A DNA stretch of 35,888 nucleotides. It comes from Octopus bimaculoides. Its lineage: Eukaryota. Positions within the stretch are counted from its first letter, which is position 1. Each line of letters starts with the position of its first letter. The notes under the pieces were generated by a model. That model was not told the origin of the DNA and searched no databases. It saw only the letters and a program-made list of their open reading frames with translations. A program made the position numbers and the translations under genes. The stretch spans positions 33,179,753 through 33,215,640 of the forward strand of contig NC_068991.1 in assembly GCF_001194135.2 (NCBI RefSeq). The letters run 5' to 3'. Below, piece by piece: positions 19,320 to 30,419 of this stretch.

Positions 19320-22300
19320 GTGCTTTTTACATGCCACCAGCACGGGGAGCCAGTCGGGCGGCTCTGGTAATAACCTACGCATGAATGGTGCTTATTGCAT
19401 GCCACCAGCACTGGTATTGGCCACAACTACAATTTCCATTTGATTGCGATTTGATTTTGATTTTGATTTACTTGACTCAGTAGGTCTCAAGCACGGCATG
19501 TTGTCTGACAACTCAAAAGTACTTTTAAAATGGGCTGGTTATGTGACACTGGTGTAGGCTATGGCTGTGATCTCATTTCTTTGCCGGGTCTTCTCAATCA
19601 CAGCATATCACCAGAGGTCTCGATATTTTGTCATTGCCTCTGTGAGGCCCAACATTCAGAGGTCATGCTTCACCACCTTATCCCATGTCTTCCTGGGTCT
19701 CCCATTTCCACAAGTTCCTTCCACATGACCATACCAGCACAGTCATCTCTCTTGCACACCACATCTGATGCTTCTTATGTCCAACATTTCTCTCGGCGCT
19801 TACACTCTGTCATGTGTGCACACTGACATTACACATCCAGCGGATCATACAAGCTTCATTTCTTTCAAGCCTACATATGTCCTCAGCAGTCATGGCCCAT
19901 GTTTCACTGCCATGTAGCATGGCAGTTCACACACATGCATTATACAATCTACTTTTTACTCTGAGTGAGAGGCCCTTTGTCACCAGTAGAGGTAGGAATT
20001 TCTGAACTTTGCCCAGGCTATTCTTATTCTAGTAGCAATGCTCTCTGAGCATCCACCCCCACTACAGACTTGGTCACCCAGGTAGCAGAAGCTATCAACT
20101 ACTTCTAGTTTTTCCCCCTGGCATGTGATGGAATCAGTTTTCTGAACATCTGTGGTGTTTATTGCCCCTGTGCATCTGCCGCACACAAAAGCTATCTTCC
20201 CAGTTAACCTTCCTTTGATGTTGCTGCACCTCTTATGTGCCCATAGCTTACACTGGGTACATCTTATAGAGTTACTACCTACTCCTTTTCTACATACTGA
20301 GCAGGGCCATCTACCTGAAGGGGTTTGTGTTTTATCTACCTTCCTACTTATTAGGATTTTGGTGAACCCCTACTTCTACCCGGAATTCTTTGCTATACTC
20401 ATTGCTGACCCTTACCTTACTAACGTCATCCCTGTACAAGGCTTGTACAGCTCTTATTAACCACTCATTAATCCCCAGTTTCTGCATCGCCCACCAGATA
20501 AGGGATCGGGAGACCCTGTCAAAGGCTTTCTTCAAGTCAACAAAAACCAAGTGTAGGGGTTTATCTTTGGCTAGGTATTTCTTTTGCAGTTACCATACCA
20601 GGAATATAGTATCAGTGGTACTTCTACCTGGCACAAAACTGAACTGCATCTCATCTAAGCAGACTCTCTCCCTAATTAGTTGGGCTATGATCCTCTCCTA
20701 TAACCCTCTCCTTGACCTGATCCAGCAGTTTGATACCCCTGTAGTTATCTCTATCTAAAACATCACGTTTACCTTTGGCTACGTATCTCTCCTGCAGCTG
20801 TCTTACCAGAAATATAGCATCAGTGGTGCTTTTACCTGGCATGAACCCAAGCTGTGTCTCATTTAGACTGACTCTCTCCCTAATTAGTTGGGCTACAACC
20901 CTCTCTGTAACCTTCATTACCTGATCCAACAATTTGATACCTCTGTAATTATTTGTATCTAAAGCGTCACCTTTACCTTTGTAGCAGTTGACTATGGTGC
21001 TGCTACTCCAATCATTGGGTATGATTCCTTTGTAAACTACCTGGTTTACAATACAGGTGACTAGGTCATGACCCTCACCACCAGATATGGGCCAGGGGCT
21101 TTTACTGACTTCATATCCCTAATTGCTTTATCTACCATGATGCTATCTATTTGGGTAGCTGGGTCAACATTTGGCAGGCTCTCCTTCTCCTATACATTCT
21201 CCACATTCAGCAGCCTTTCATAATGGCTTCTCCAAGTCTCTTTCTTTTCAGAATCATTAAAAGCAAGTGCACCATCATCCATGCAGACACATTTCTCTCT
21301 TGTGACATCACAATTTTCTCTCACACACTATCCTTGCAATCTGAAATACTTCAGTTTGTTGGTCCTCATGTCAATGAACATTGGCAAACTTCTTTTCTGC
21401 TTCTCCTTTGGCTAGATATACCTGTTGCCCAGCCTCCCTTATGGCTATCTGGTACAGTTCCTTGCTACCCCACTCTTACAGGCTTTTCAAGCCTGTTTCT
21501 TTGCTCTAATGACCTTGTCTACCATATTATTCCACCACCACCACCACCACCACCACATTACTCTAAGTCTGGAAGGGACTTTGCACCAGCCATAGATTTG
21601 CTCTGTGACACTCAGTAAGCTGTCCCTCTATGTCTGAAGTCTGTAGCTCCTCCTCCCTGTCATCAAATTTCTCAGTGAGGATGTCTGTAAATCTCTGACC
21701 ATGTGAAGGGTTCTTTATCTTCCAAATCCTTCTTTTCTGGATTGGTCTGCTTCTTGGCATCCTTCTGGCCTCGAGTCTAAAGTCTCTAATGACTAATCTA
21801 TGCTAGGGGGTACATTCTTCACCAGGGAGAGTCTTTGTATTTAAGAGTGACCCTGCATCATACTGTCTGGTGAGGATGAAATCAATCTGGCTAACAGAGT
21901 CGCCTGATTGATAGGTTATCAGGTGGCTATCTGGCTTCCTGATGTTAGTGTTGCAGATTAATAGGTTGCATGCATCACAGAATTCCAGTAGCCTAGTTCC
22001 CTCTTTGTTTCAGGGACCAATTCCATGACCCCCACTGAACACCATGGAAGACAACTGGATTGCTGTCCAACATGCCCATTAAAATCTCCAGCTGCAAAGA
22101 TGAGGTTATTGTCACTCGTCTTTGGGGTGGCTTGTAGAAGGGTATCATAAAAGTGGTCCTTCTGATTGTTTGATAGGCCTGTTTATGGGGCGTAGGCAGA
22201 GATAATTGTAACTATACAATTCTGCAGGACTAGCCTGAGCTTCAGCACTCTATCGCATGCCCTGATTACCTCTATGACCTTATCCACCCATTTCTCTGTA

Positions 22301-22560
22301 AGGAGTATGCCTACATTTCCTACTCCATCACTGTTACCTTCCCAGAAGATTTTATACCTATGTGCCTCGCCCGTGAGGACCCTGGCTGAAGCTCCTCTCC
22401 ACCTTACCTCTTGTATGCAGCAAACATGAACACATCTCCATTCAAGCATCTCTACAATCTCACTAGACCTACCTTTCAGTGTGCCTACATTGAGTGCTAA
22501 CTCTAAAAACAGGGAAAGGAATATGGGAGGAGACGTGGAAAGGGGAGGTGTTATTCAGTG
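19320..22560 (-). mobile_element. Near full-length degenerate RTE LINE (APE endonuclease, RT, PHD finger)
   Basis: APE: RSSEIVEMLE..CCIQEVRWRG..IISAYAP and GDNNLIF..FNGH. RT: NYRGIKLL, QFSFVPGRST, FVDLKKAFDRV and VGVHQ, with the YADD segment deleted. PHD at 20172-20303, then VVDSFCYLGD and a 3' subrepeat array. Confidence 0.92.
20565..20976 (-). repeat. Diverged tandem duplication (208 + 204 bp) inside the RTE RT
   Basis: ctttggctaggtat..catcacgtttac (20565-20772) and ctttggctacgtat..cgtcacctttac (20773-20976) both encode NYRGIKLLDQV..QL..GFMPG.STTDAIF..QE.Y.AK. Confidence 0.9.
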
Positions 22561-22789
22561 CCTGAAAAGAAGAAGGTTCTCATGTTCATTTGATAGACAT
22601 GCTCCACCTGTTCTCACTTTCGACCTGTCATCATTCAAATATTCAAGCATGTTAAAATTGTTGCCCCTACTGGGGGTAGGAGTAGGTATTAGTGGCGTTG
22701 TAAGTATAAGCATTATGAACATCGTAAAATCATAAATTTAAGCATTAGTGGAGTTGAAGATATAGATAAATCAAAAAAGATAGATAAGG

Positions 22790-22843
22790 GAGGAGGAGGA
22801 GGAGGAGGAGGAGGAGAAGAAGAAGAAGAAGAAGAAGAAGAAG
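22790..22843 (+). repeat. Compound (GAG)9(AAG)9 microsatellite
   Basis: Direct reading. Confidence 0.95.
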
Positions 22844-22857
22844 CAGCCTATTGTTAG

Positions 22858-23319
22858 ATTAAGTAGGTGGGCAGCTAAACTAGTTGCATTTGTCCCAAGA
22901 GATAGAGAGAGGGAGAGGAAATTGCAGGTATGATAGAGGATACCACCAGTGAGGGGAGGGGGTTTCCGGTGAGAGAAGAGAACAAGCATACCCATATACA
23001 CTCACACACACAAAAATGAGCATGCACACACCCACAAGACAAGCATGCATACAGACAAGAACAAGCATGCACAGACACACACACGTAACAAGCACGCATG
23101 TATAGCCCATTAGCTTTCTCCTTCTACTTTGATACGTCCATGGAAATTACAGAGTAGTTTGTTGACAAATTTCGAGTCAAGACAAAAAATAGCCAATTAA
23201 GTAGGTAGGCAGCTAAATTAGTTGCATTTGTCCCAGGAGAGAGAGAGAGAGGGAGAGGAGATTGCAGGTATGTTAGAGGATACCACCAGTGAGGGAGAGG
23301 TTTTCTGGTGAGAGAAGAG
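22858..23319 (+). repeat. Direct repeat pair, about 123 bp (22858-22980 and 23196-23319)
   Basis: attaagtaggt(g/a)ggcagctaaa(c/t)tagttgcatttgtccca..gataccaccagtgaggg..ggtgagagaagag. Confidence 0.9.
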
Positions 23320-23410
23320 AGATACCTGGTAATGGTGGTGAGAAAAGAGATATCTGGCATTGGTGGAGGGAGGAGAAAGAGAGAGAGATCCAGTATTGTT
23401 GGGGCTGGGG

Positions 23411-23619
23411 NNNNNNNNNNNNNNNNNNNNNNNNNNNNNNNNNNNNNNNNNNNNNNNNNNNNNNNNNNNNNNNNNNNNNNNNNNNNNNNNNNNNNNNNNN
23501 NNNNNNNNNNNNNNNNNNNNNNNNNNNNNNNNNNNNNNNNNNNNNNNNNNNNNNNNNNNNNNNNNNNNNNNNNNNNNNNNNNNNNNNNNNNNNNNNNNNN
23601 NNNNNNNNNNNNNNNNNNN
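23411..23619. other. Assembly gap (209 N)
   Basis: Run of N next to a (GA)n tract. Confidence 1.
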
Positions 23620-24260
23620 AGAGAGAGAGAGAGAGAGAGAGATTTAGGAAGTTATATATTGAAGGATCAAAGTAGATATTAGTAAATAATACATAAATAA
23701 ATAAACGTAAATAATAATACATATTAAAAAGTGTTAATGGCGAATGGATGAGTGAAAAGATCGAAAAATGAGAGAGTATCTTAGCTTAGCAATGCATAAC
23801 TGAGTGTCCGAGAACAATTTAAGTTGAGATTGTGTGAAAAACAAGGAGGAAGTGTGTGAGTGAAGTGTCTTATAGATATGCTATGACTAGAAGTGGACAT
23901 TATGGAGGATGCTTTCTTCCTTCTTGGGCTGGAGACAATAGCAATGGTAGTAGAGAATAGCACAAGGAGCCATTGTGAGTGAAAAGAAATAAGAGAATAG
24001 TATGAAAAATAAGAAAAATATTTAGCCAACATGAAACCTGGAGAGAACAAGCACCACGAACAAGAAAGGGTTAATTTAGAGAGATGAGACGAAAAATATG
24101 TAGCCAACTTGAGAACACAGGAGGGAAGGAGAGATTCCATTTAGAGGAACGAAGGCTGAGAGAGAGAGAGATTTAGGAAGTTATCTATTGAATGGTCAAT
24201 TTAAATAATTAGCTTACGAAAGTAGATATTGGTAAATGATACATAAATAACTAAATAAAT
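23620..24260 (+). repeat. Direct repeat pair (GA)n-tttaggaagttat..agtagatatt..acataaataa (23620-23712 and 24158-24260)
   Basis: Two copies about 530 bp apart; the second has a roughly 20-bp insertion. Confidence 0.8.
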
Positions 24261-24269
24261 ATCAAACTA

Positions 24270-26560
24270 ATTGAGGGTCTAGCCATCAGAGTTGATAGCA
24301 GTATAACAGATAAGGCAATTAAGGATATGAAGGCTGGGAAAGCCCCTTGACCATTGGGTATCACTGCCGAGATGATTAAATATCTGACAGTGTGAGATAC
24401 AGCCTAGTTACTCGCTTAGTTAATCAGATTATTCAGGAAAGCGTCATCCCCAAAGACTGGTGTAGTAATATTATAGTTAGCTGCTACAACGGTAAAGGTG
24501 ATACCTTAGATAGAAACAACTACAGAGGTATCAAACTGCTGGACCAGGTCATGAAAATTAGAGAGAGAGTTATAGTTCAGTTGGTTAGGAATAGAATTAA
24601 ACTAGTTGAGATGCAGTTTGGTTTTGTTTCTGGGAGAAGTACCACAGATGCCATCTTCCTAATGAGACAACTGCAGGAAAAATATTTGGTCAAAAGTAAA
24701 CTATTGTACTTAGGTTTTTTTACAGAGTTCGCTGCTCTCTTATCTGGTTGTCTATAAGGAAGCTAGGAGTAGAGGAGTGGCTTGTTAGAACCGTACAGTG
24801 ATTAATTTAGCACATAAGTTGGAGTTCTTCAGGGATCAGTTCTTAGTTCACTCTTATTCATCATAATTTTCCAGGCCATAACAGAGGAATTGAAAACTGG
24901 CTGCCCATGAGAACTGCTATATGCTGATGACCTCACTCTTATTGCAGAATCTATAACAGAATTGGAGAAGAGATTCCAGGTTTGGAAGCAACCTATCAAA
25001 GACTAAAGTTGTTGTTAGCAAGAAAGATGATAAGACTCTTTATGTCAGGTAAATGGCTCTACTATATATGTAGGAAAAGAGTGGGAAGTAATTCTCTTTG
25101 TTGCACCCCATGTAAGTTATGGATTCATAAGAGATGCAGTGGAATTGCAGATAGGTGAACAGATAAGGTTACTTTCGTGTGTGGCAGATGTACACATAAG
25201 CACTGGTATGTGGGACTTAGACTCTCTCAAATGCCGAAGAGGCTTTCTTGAGGTAGTAGATAGTCTCTACTTCTTAGGTGACCAAATTAGTAAAGGTGGT
25301 GGATGCTCTGAAAGTATTGTTTCTAGCATAAGAATAGGATGGAGGAAGTTCAGACAGCTATTATTTCTGAGGGCAACAAAAGAACTCTCTCTCAGAGGGG
25401 AAGGTAGATTGTATGATGCTTGTGTACAAATGGCTGTACTCTATGGTTGTGAGATATGGGCTCTGAATGTGGAGGACATCAATAGACTGGATTGGAATGA
25501 AGGTAGTATGCTCTGTTGGATTTGCAACATCAGTGTGCATGACCGACATAGTGCAACTGTGTCGACAGAAAAGTTAGGCATAAGAAGAATTAAATGTGGC
25601 ATGCAAGGAGAGGAGAATGCATTGGTTTGGATATCTGATGTGTATGAGTTAAGACAGCTGTATACAGAAGTGCCTGTCACTGAAAGTGGATGGTACCTGT
25701 GGAAGAGGGAGACCCAGGAAGACATAGGATGAAGTGGTGAGGACCAATCTCAGGATGTTAGGACTCATGGAGGAAATGACAATGGACCGAGATGTTTGGC
25801 AATATGAGGTTCTAGAGAAGACCTGCTCACATCGGTGAAACTGTGTGCTAGAAGCATTGTATCCTACCCACATGTAACAATAAACTTTTCACACACCCAA
25901 CTCCAAGAAACCAAACCACATCTCTTCTAAACTGCATCTTTCTCTTCACATTTCCTCTTCATATACTATGATTGTCTCCCACTCCTCTTCCCTGCCCTCA
26001 CTTGCCTGCTCACTGTATCACTGCTCCCCCTCCCCATCCTCATACCCAGGTTTTAACCAGTCACTGCAATCCTCACTCCCTACTCATGCCTTCTTGGCAA
26101 TACCCGGCCAAGTATATTATGACCTCCGTACCTTGAGGACATACCCTGGCAATTCTTCTTTACTTTACTATTACATCTGTGCTCTGATCCTTGTTACTTG
26201 TATATATACCCTGGCACTTCACCACCATCTCTCTTGCACTTTTGCTATTTCTCACTCACTCTCTCTCTCTCTCTCCCTCGCTCTTCCCTTGGGCTGGATA
26301 GCCATGTATTTCCTTTACGGCAACACACCTATTTCTGCCCTTATTCTTGATCACTCCCTCTCTCTCCTTCTCTTGCTTTTCCCTCTGGCTAGGTAACCCA
26401 GTATCTCCTTTACATTAGCACACCTGTTTCTGTCCTTTCTTGTACCTCTCTCTTCCTCTTATTCTCTCTTTCTCTTTTCTCTCTCTTTCTCACTCCCTCT
26501 CTGGTTGGGTAACCATGTGCCTCCTCTATAGCAAGACACCTATTTCTGCCTCTCTATATC
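24270..26560 (+). mobile_element. 5'-truncated RTE LINE with RT, PHD finger and long 3' UTR
   Basis: AIKDMKAGKAP, NYRGIKLL, QFGFVSGRSTTDAIF, VLQGSVLSSLLF, LLYADDL (about 24915-24932), PHD (about 25050-25190), FLGD, GRLYDACV and GRPRKT*DE, then a CT-rich UTR. Confidence 0.92.
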
Positions 26561-26564
26561 TCCA

Positions 26565-27650
26565 TCACTCAGGTATGTGGCCCTGTTTGATTTGTAGGAA
26601 AGGTATTGGCAGGAACACAATATGGTTTAGCCAGTGTAAGCTATGGACACACAAAAAGGTGCACACAAAAAGGTGCATAGGAAGCTTATTAGAGAAGGTA
26701 GTGTTCATATGTGGAAGATGCATAGGATCCATAAAATCTACTGAGATTCAGGAAATTGATTCTCTGAAATGCCCTGGTGGCTCATTAGAGATAGTAGATA
26801 CTTTCTGCTACCTAGGGGACCAAATTAGTAGTGGGGAAGGATGCATGGAGAGTGTGATAGCTAGAATAGGAATTGGATGGAGGAAATTCAAAGAGCTGTT
26901 ACCTCTGCTGGCTATGAAAGGTTTCTCTCTCCAAGTGAAAGGAAGATTGTATGATGCATGTATATGGAGAGCAATTCTACATGGTGGTGAGACATAGGTG
27001 CATACAAAGGTTAGAGAGGAGCAAGGCCAGTATGCTCCGCTAAATGTGTAATGTAAGTTGACATGTTTGACAGAGTGCTAGTGTATTAAGAGAGAAGTTA
27101 GGCATAAGAGGAATTAGTTGCTGTGTGCAAGAGAGAAGACTGCGCAGGCTTGGTCATGTTATGTGGATGGATGCTGACAGCTCCTTAAAGAAGTGCTAAT
27201 CTCTCAGAGTAGATGGAACATGTGGAAGTAGGAGACCCAGGAAGACATGGGATGAAGTACTGAAGGGCAACCTCAAGATGCTGAACTTTTCAGGCAAGAT
27301 GGTAAAGAACTGAGATGCCTGGTGCGTTGCTGTTCTCAAGAAGACCCATACTCCACAGCAGAAGTGTTAAAACCAGTCCCCCTGGTGGTGGGTCTTGACC
27401 TGCAAGAATCCTGTGCCAGTTTCATGTAAAAAGCACTCATGGTGGTGCCACATAAAAGTGTCTGTGTGGCACCTTGTAAAAACACCTGTATGGTGCCACG
27501 TAAAAGCACCCAGCACACTTTATAAAATGGTTGGTATTAGGAAAGGCATCATGTATAAAAAACATGCCAAATGAGACTGGAGCCTGTCAGCTCTGGTCAA
27601 ACCATCCAAACCACGTCATCATGGACAACGGATGTTAAATGGTGATGGAC
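26565..27650 (+). mobile_element. Second RTE 3' fragment starting at the PHD finger, with hairpin-array tail
   Basis: SGMWPCLICRKGIG..QCKLWTHKK..RC..FICGRC, VDTFCYLGD, GRLYDAC, then (ggtgccacgtaaaagcacc)-like units and the tail ggacaacggatgttaaatggtgatg. Confidence 0.9.
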
Positions 27651-27789
27651 ATTACAGCTAACACCAGCCAGTTATTGTATATGCACATGCATTACCGGAA
27701 GTCCATAGTAAGCATGTATCTTTTAAAATTATAATTGTTGATACACACACATACCACCCCACTTATAGTAATTGCTAATGTGTATTTCA

Positions 27790-28095
27790 TGTAATGCAGC
27801 AGATTAGCTATTTGGGTGACTATCATATGTTCTACTTCACCAGATATTTTGGGCATCTCAGCGTCTAACCCTGATGGGCCAAATACTTTCCTTACATTAA
27901 TCTCCTTAATCACTCTATTCACCACTCTACTGTCTACTGAATTACTGATTTCTTTGTTGCGTCACCATGAAGTGCTCTTTTTATATCCGATTCATTCTTT
28001 TCATTCAACAGCCTCACATAGTAACATTTCCATGCCTCTTTCTTGTCATTAGCAGTAATGGCAGGTGTACCTTCACCATTTCTGTTGGTAACAAA
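27790..28095 (-). mobile_element. RTE linker (pre-RT) fragment
   Basis: DKKEAWKCYYVRLLNEKNE..VNRVIKEINVRKVFGPSGLDAEMPKISGEVEH..VTQIAN. Confidence 0.75.
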
Positions 28096-28099
28096 GGTC

Positions 28100-28485
28100 T
28101 TCTTTGTCAAAGTGAAGGGTAGATTGTATGATGCTTGTGTTTGAACTAATGCTGCAAGATAGTGAGATGTGGGCTTTGAATGAGAAAGAATTGCAAAGAC
28201 TAAAAAGAAATGAAGCAGGTATGCTCTAATGGATGTGTAATGTTAGTATGCCTGAATGCCAAAGTACAAATGAACTGAGAGAAAACTGGGTGCAAGGAGA
28301 ATCATATATAGTGTGCAAGAGAGCAGGGTGCATTGGTGTGGGTATGTAATGCACATGGATACTGATTGCTGCACAAGGAAGTGCCATGTGATCTTGGTTA
28401 ATGAAACTCATAGAAGAAGAAGACTGAAATGACATGGGACAAAATGGTGAAAGCTGACTTGAAGATGCTGCATCTCGTGGGGTAA
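28100..28485 (+). mobile_element. RTE ORF2 C-terminal fragment
   Basis: VKGRLYDACV*T..QDSEMWALNE..LQRL.RNEAGML*WMCNV. Confidence 0.8.
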
Positions 28486-28517
28486 TAAGAAAGGACAATA
28501 TTGATTGGTGGTACATA

Positions 28518-29759
28518 TTGGGTTTGCAAAAAATTTGTAGCGTTTTTTAAGTAAAATTCATTAACAATATTTAGATAGTTGTGTACACCTTTACTCAACC
28601 AAATATTTCCCAATTTGTTCCCCTAACATTTGTCATATTTGAGGTAGCTTCATGATCCCATCCTCCCAGAACTTGGCATCTTTCTGGGACATTAACTGTA
28701 ACTGGTCTAAATAGTTTTTACACTCTTTTAAAGAATCAAAGTTCTTCTCATTTAGAGAATTTTGCAGGGATTGGAATAAATGATAATCTGAGGTACAAGA
28801 TCAAGTAAGTATGGTAGGTGGGGTAAGACATCCCACCCAAGCTACACCAACTTCTGCCTGATCTTCAAAGAAACATGCAGTCTAGCATTGTCTTGATGTA
28901 AGATGACACCCTTTCGGTTGGTCAATTCTGGATGTTTTTCATTAATTGCCCCCTTTAATCAGTCTAATTGGGAACAATAATAGTCTGAATTTAACGTCTG
29001 ATTTTGTGGAAGTAGCTCATAATACACAATGCCCTTCCAATCCTACCAGATACAGAGCATCACTTTCTTCAGATACAGACAATCTTTTGGAGAGATTGAA
29101 GGCAGTTCATCTCGTTTTCCCCAGGACATTTTTCATTTTATGTTGTAAAGAATCCATTGCTCATCACACTGGATCATTTTTTTCAAAAATGGATAATTTT
29201 TGTTTCATCTGAGCAGAGAAAATGCACTCTATTAAGTTTTTTTCCATTAAGTTATGAGGCACCCAAACATCATGGAGATTCGCTTAACCAAGTGTTTTTA
29301 AATGCTTTATAACACTCATATGAGATACATAAAGAATCTCTGCAATGTCTTGCATTGTGCGACATAGATTATCTTTTATTAAAGTCTCGATTTGTTCATT
29401 ATCAAGACAGTTGGCCCGCTGGAACATTTACAATCTTCCGGATCAAAATTTTCGGTTCTAAACCTAACAAACAACATACAAACAGTACTTTCAGCTATGA
29501 CACCATCTTCATAAACAGCACATATCTTCTTCGCTGTTCCGGAAATAAAAGTGCATTAAATGGCAAAAATGTATTTCATTTTCCTTCATTTTCAATTTTA
29601 TCATAAGAACAGTAGAAGAAATAATCCACACAAAATTCAAATAGAAAAATGCATTGCGGTTTCCTCTTTTGGAAAATATATGTCATATGTTCTTGTCATG
29701 TGATAAAACAGATAAAACATCACCAATTGAAAATGCTATGAACTTTTTTACCAACACAA
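28518..29759 (-). mobile_element. Full-length (1242 bp) decayed mariner transposon with TIRs and TA TSD
   Basis: TIRs ttgggtttgcaaaaaatttgtagcgttttt (28518-) and the reverse complement ttgtgttggtaaaaaagttcatagcatttt (-29759), with TA at 28516-17 and 29760-61. Transposase pieces MKENEIHFCHLMHFYFR, WVPHNL, DEQWILYN, VMLCIW*DWKGIVYYELL, VILHQDNARLH and LPHLPYLLDLVP. Confidence 0.93.
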
Positions 29760-30419
29760 TAGTTTTGTGGAAGACCCAACTATCCGTGGCAAAACATGCA
29801 TTGAACTGTTGGTAGTAATAGAGGCTAGACTCTCTTTATATATAAATGTGTCCATGTGTGTGTGTGTGTGTGTGTATCCTGCTAACCGTATATTTGCTTC
29901 CACACCTTGCACTCCTTATGTTCATCTTTCTTCTTTCCTCCATCTTTCCATTAACTTCAATTATCTCCTCTCTCTATCATTCATACTCCTCCATCTCTTC
30001 TCACCATTTATGAAGCGCCCAAACTATGACTGGTCACCTTGTATATCAATAAACTGTTCCCATTACTATATCTCCCCCGTCTTTCACTTGGCCTGTGTTT
30101 GAGAGACTGTATTAATCCATACTCATCATTCTACCTGTGCCCACCTGCCTACCTCCATCCATCTCCTCACTTCAGTCATCATTCTATCATTCTATCATTC
30201 ATATCTTTCTTTTCACTTGCTCACTGTCATACATCACTCCTATGCCTCTATTACACTCACTGTTCTCTACCTCAGCACTTTCTCATCTTTCCCTTTCTGG
30301 CTCATCCATATGACTCTTACACCTTTCTTTCAATAAAACTTTCTGGATCTTGTTACCCTCAACTATTTTTTTGTCTTAAATGTTTCCTTCAAGATTTGTA
30401 AAGTATATAATGGTTTCTG

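Noticed and set aside
23273-23722. ORFs of 95-149 aa spanning the N run
   Set aside because: Artefacts of the assembly gap (X residues).
25139-25732. 197-aa ORF, the longest in the track, as a nested gene
   Set aside because: A frameshifted piece of RTE ORF2, as is 26440-26997.
27420-27510. CRISPR-like short repeats (also at 8575-8830)
   Set aside because: Eukaryotic context, no unique regular spacers and no cas genes. They are RTE tail subrepeats.
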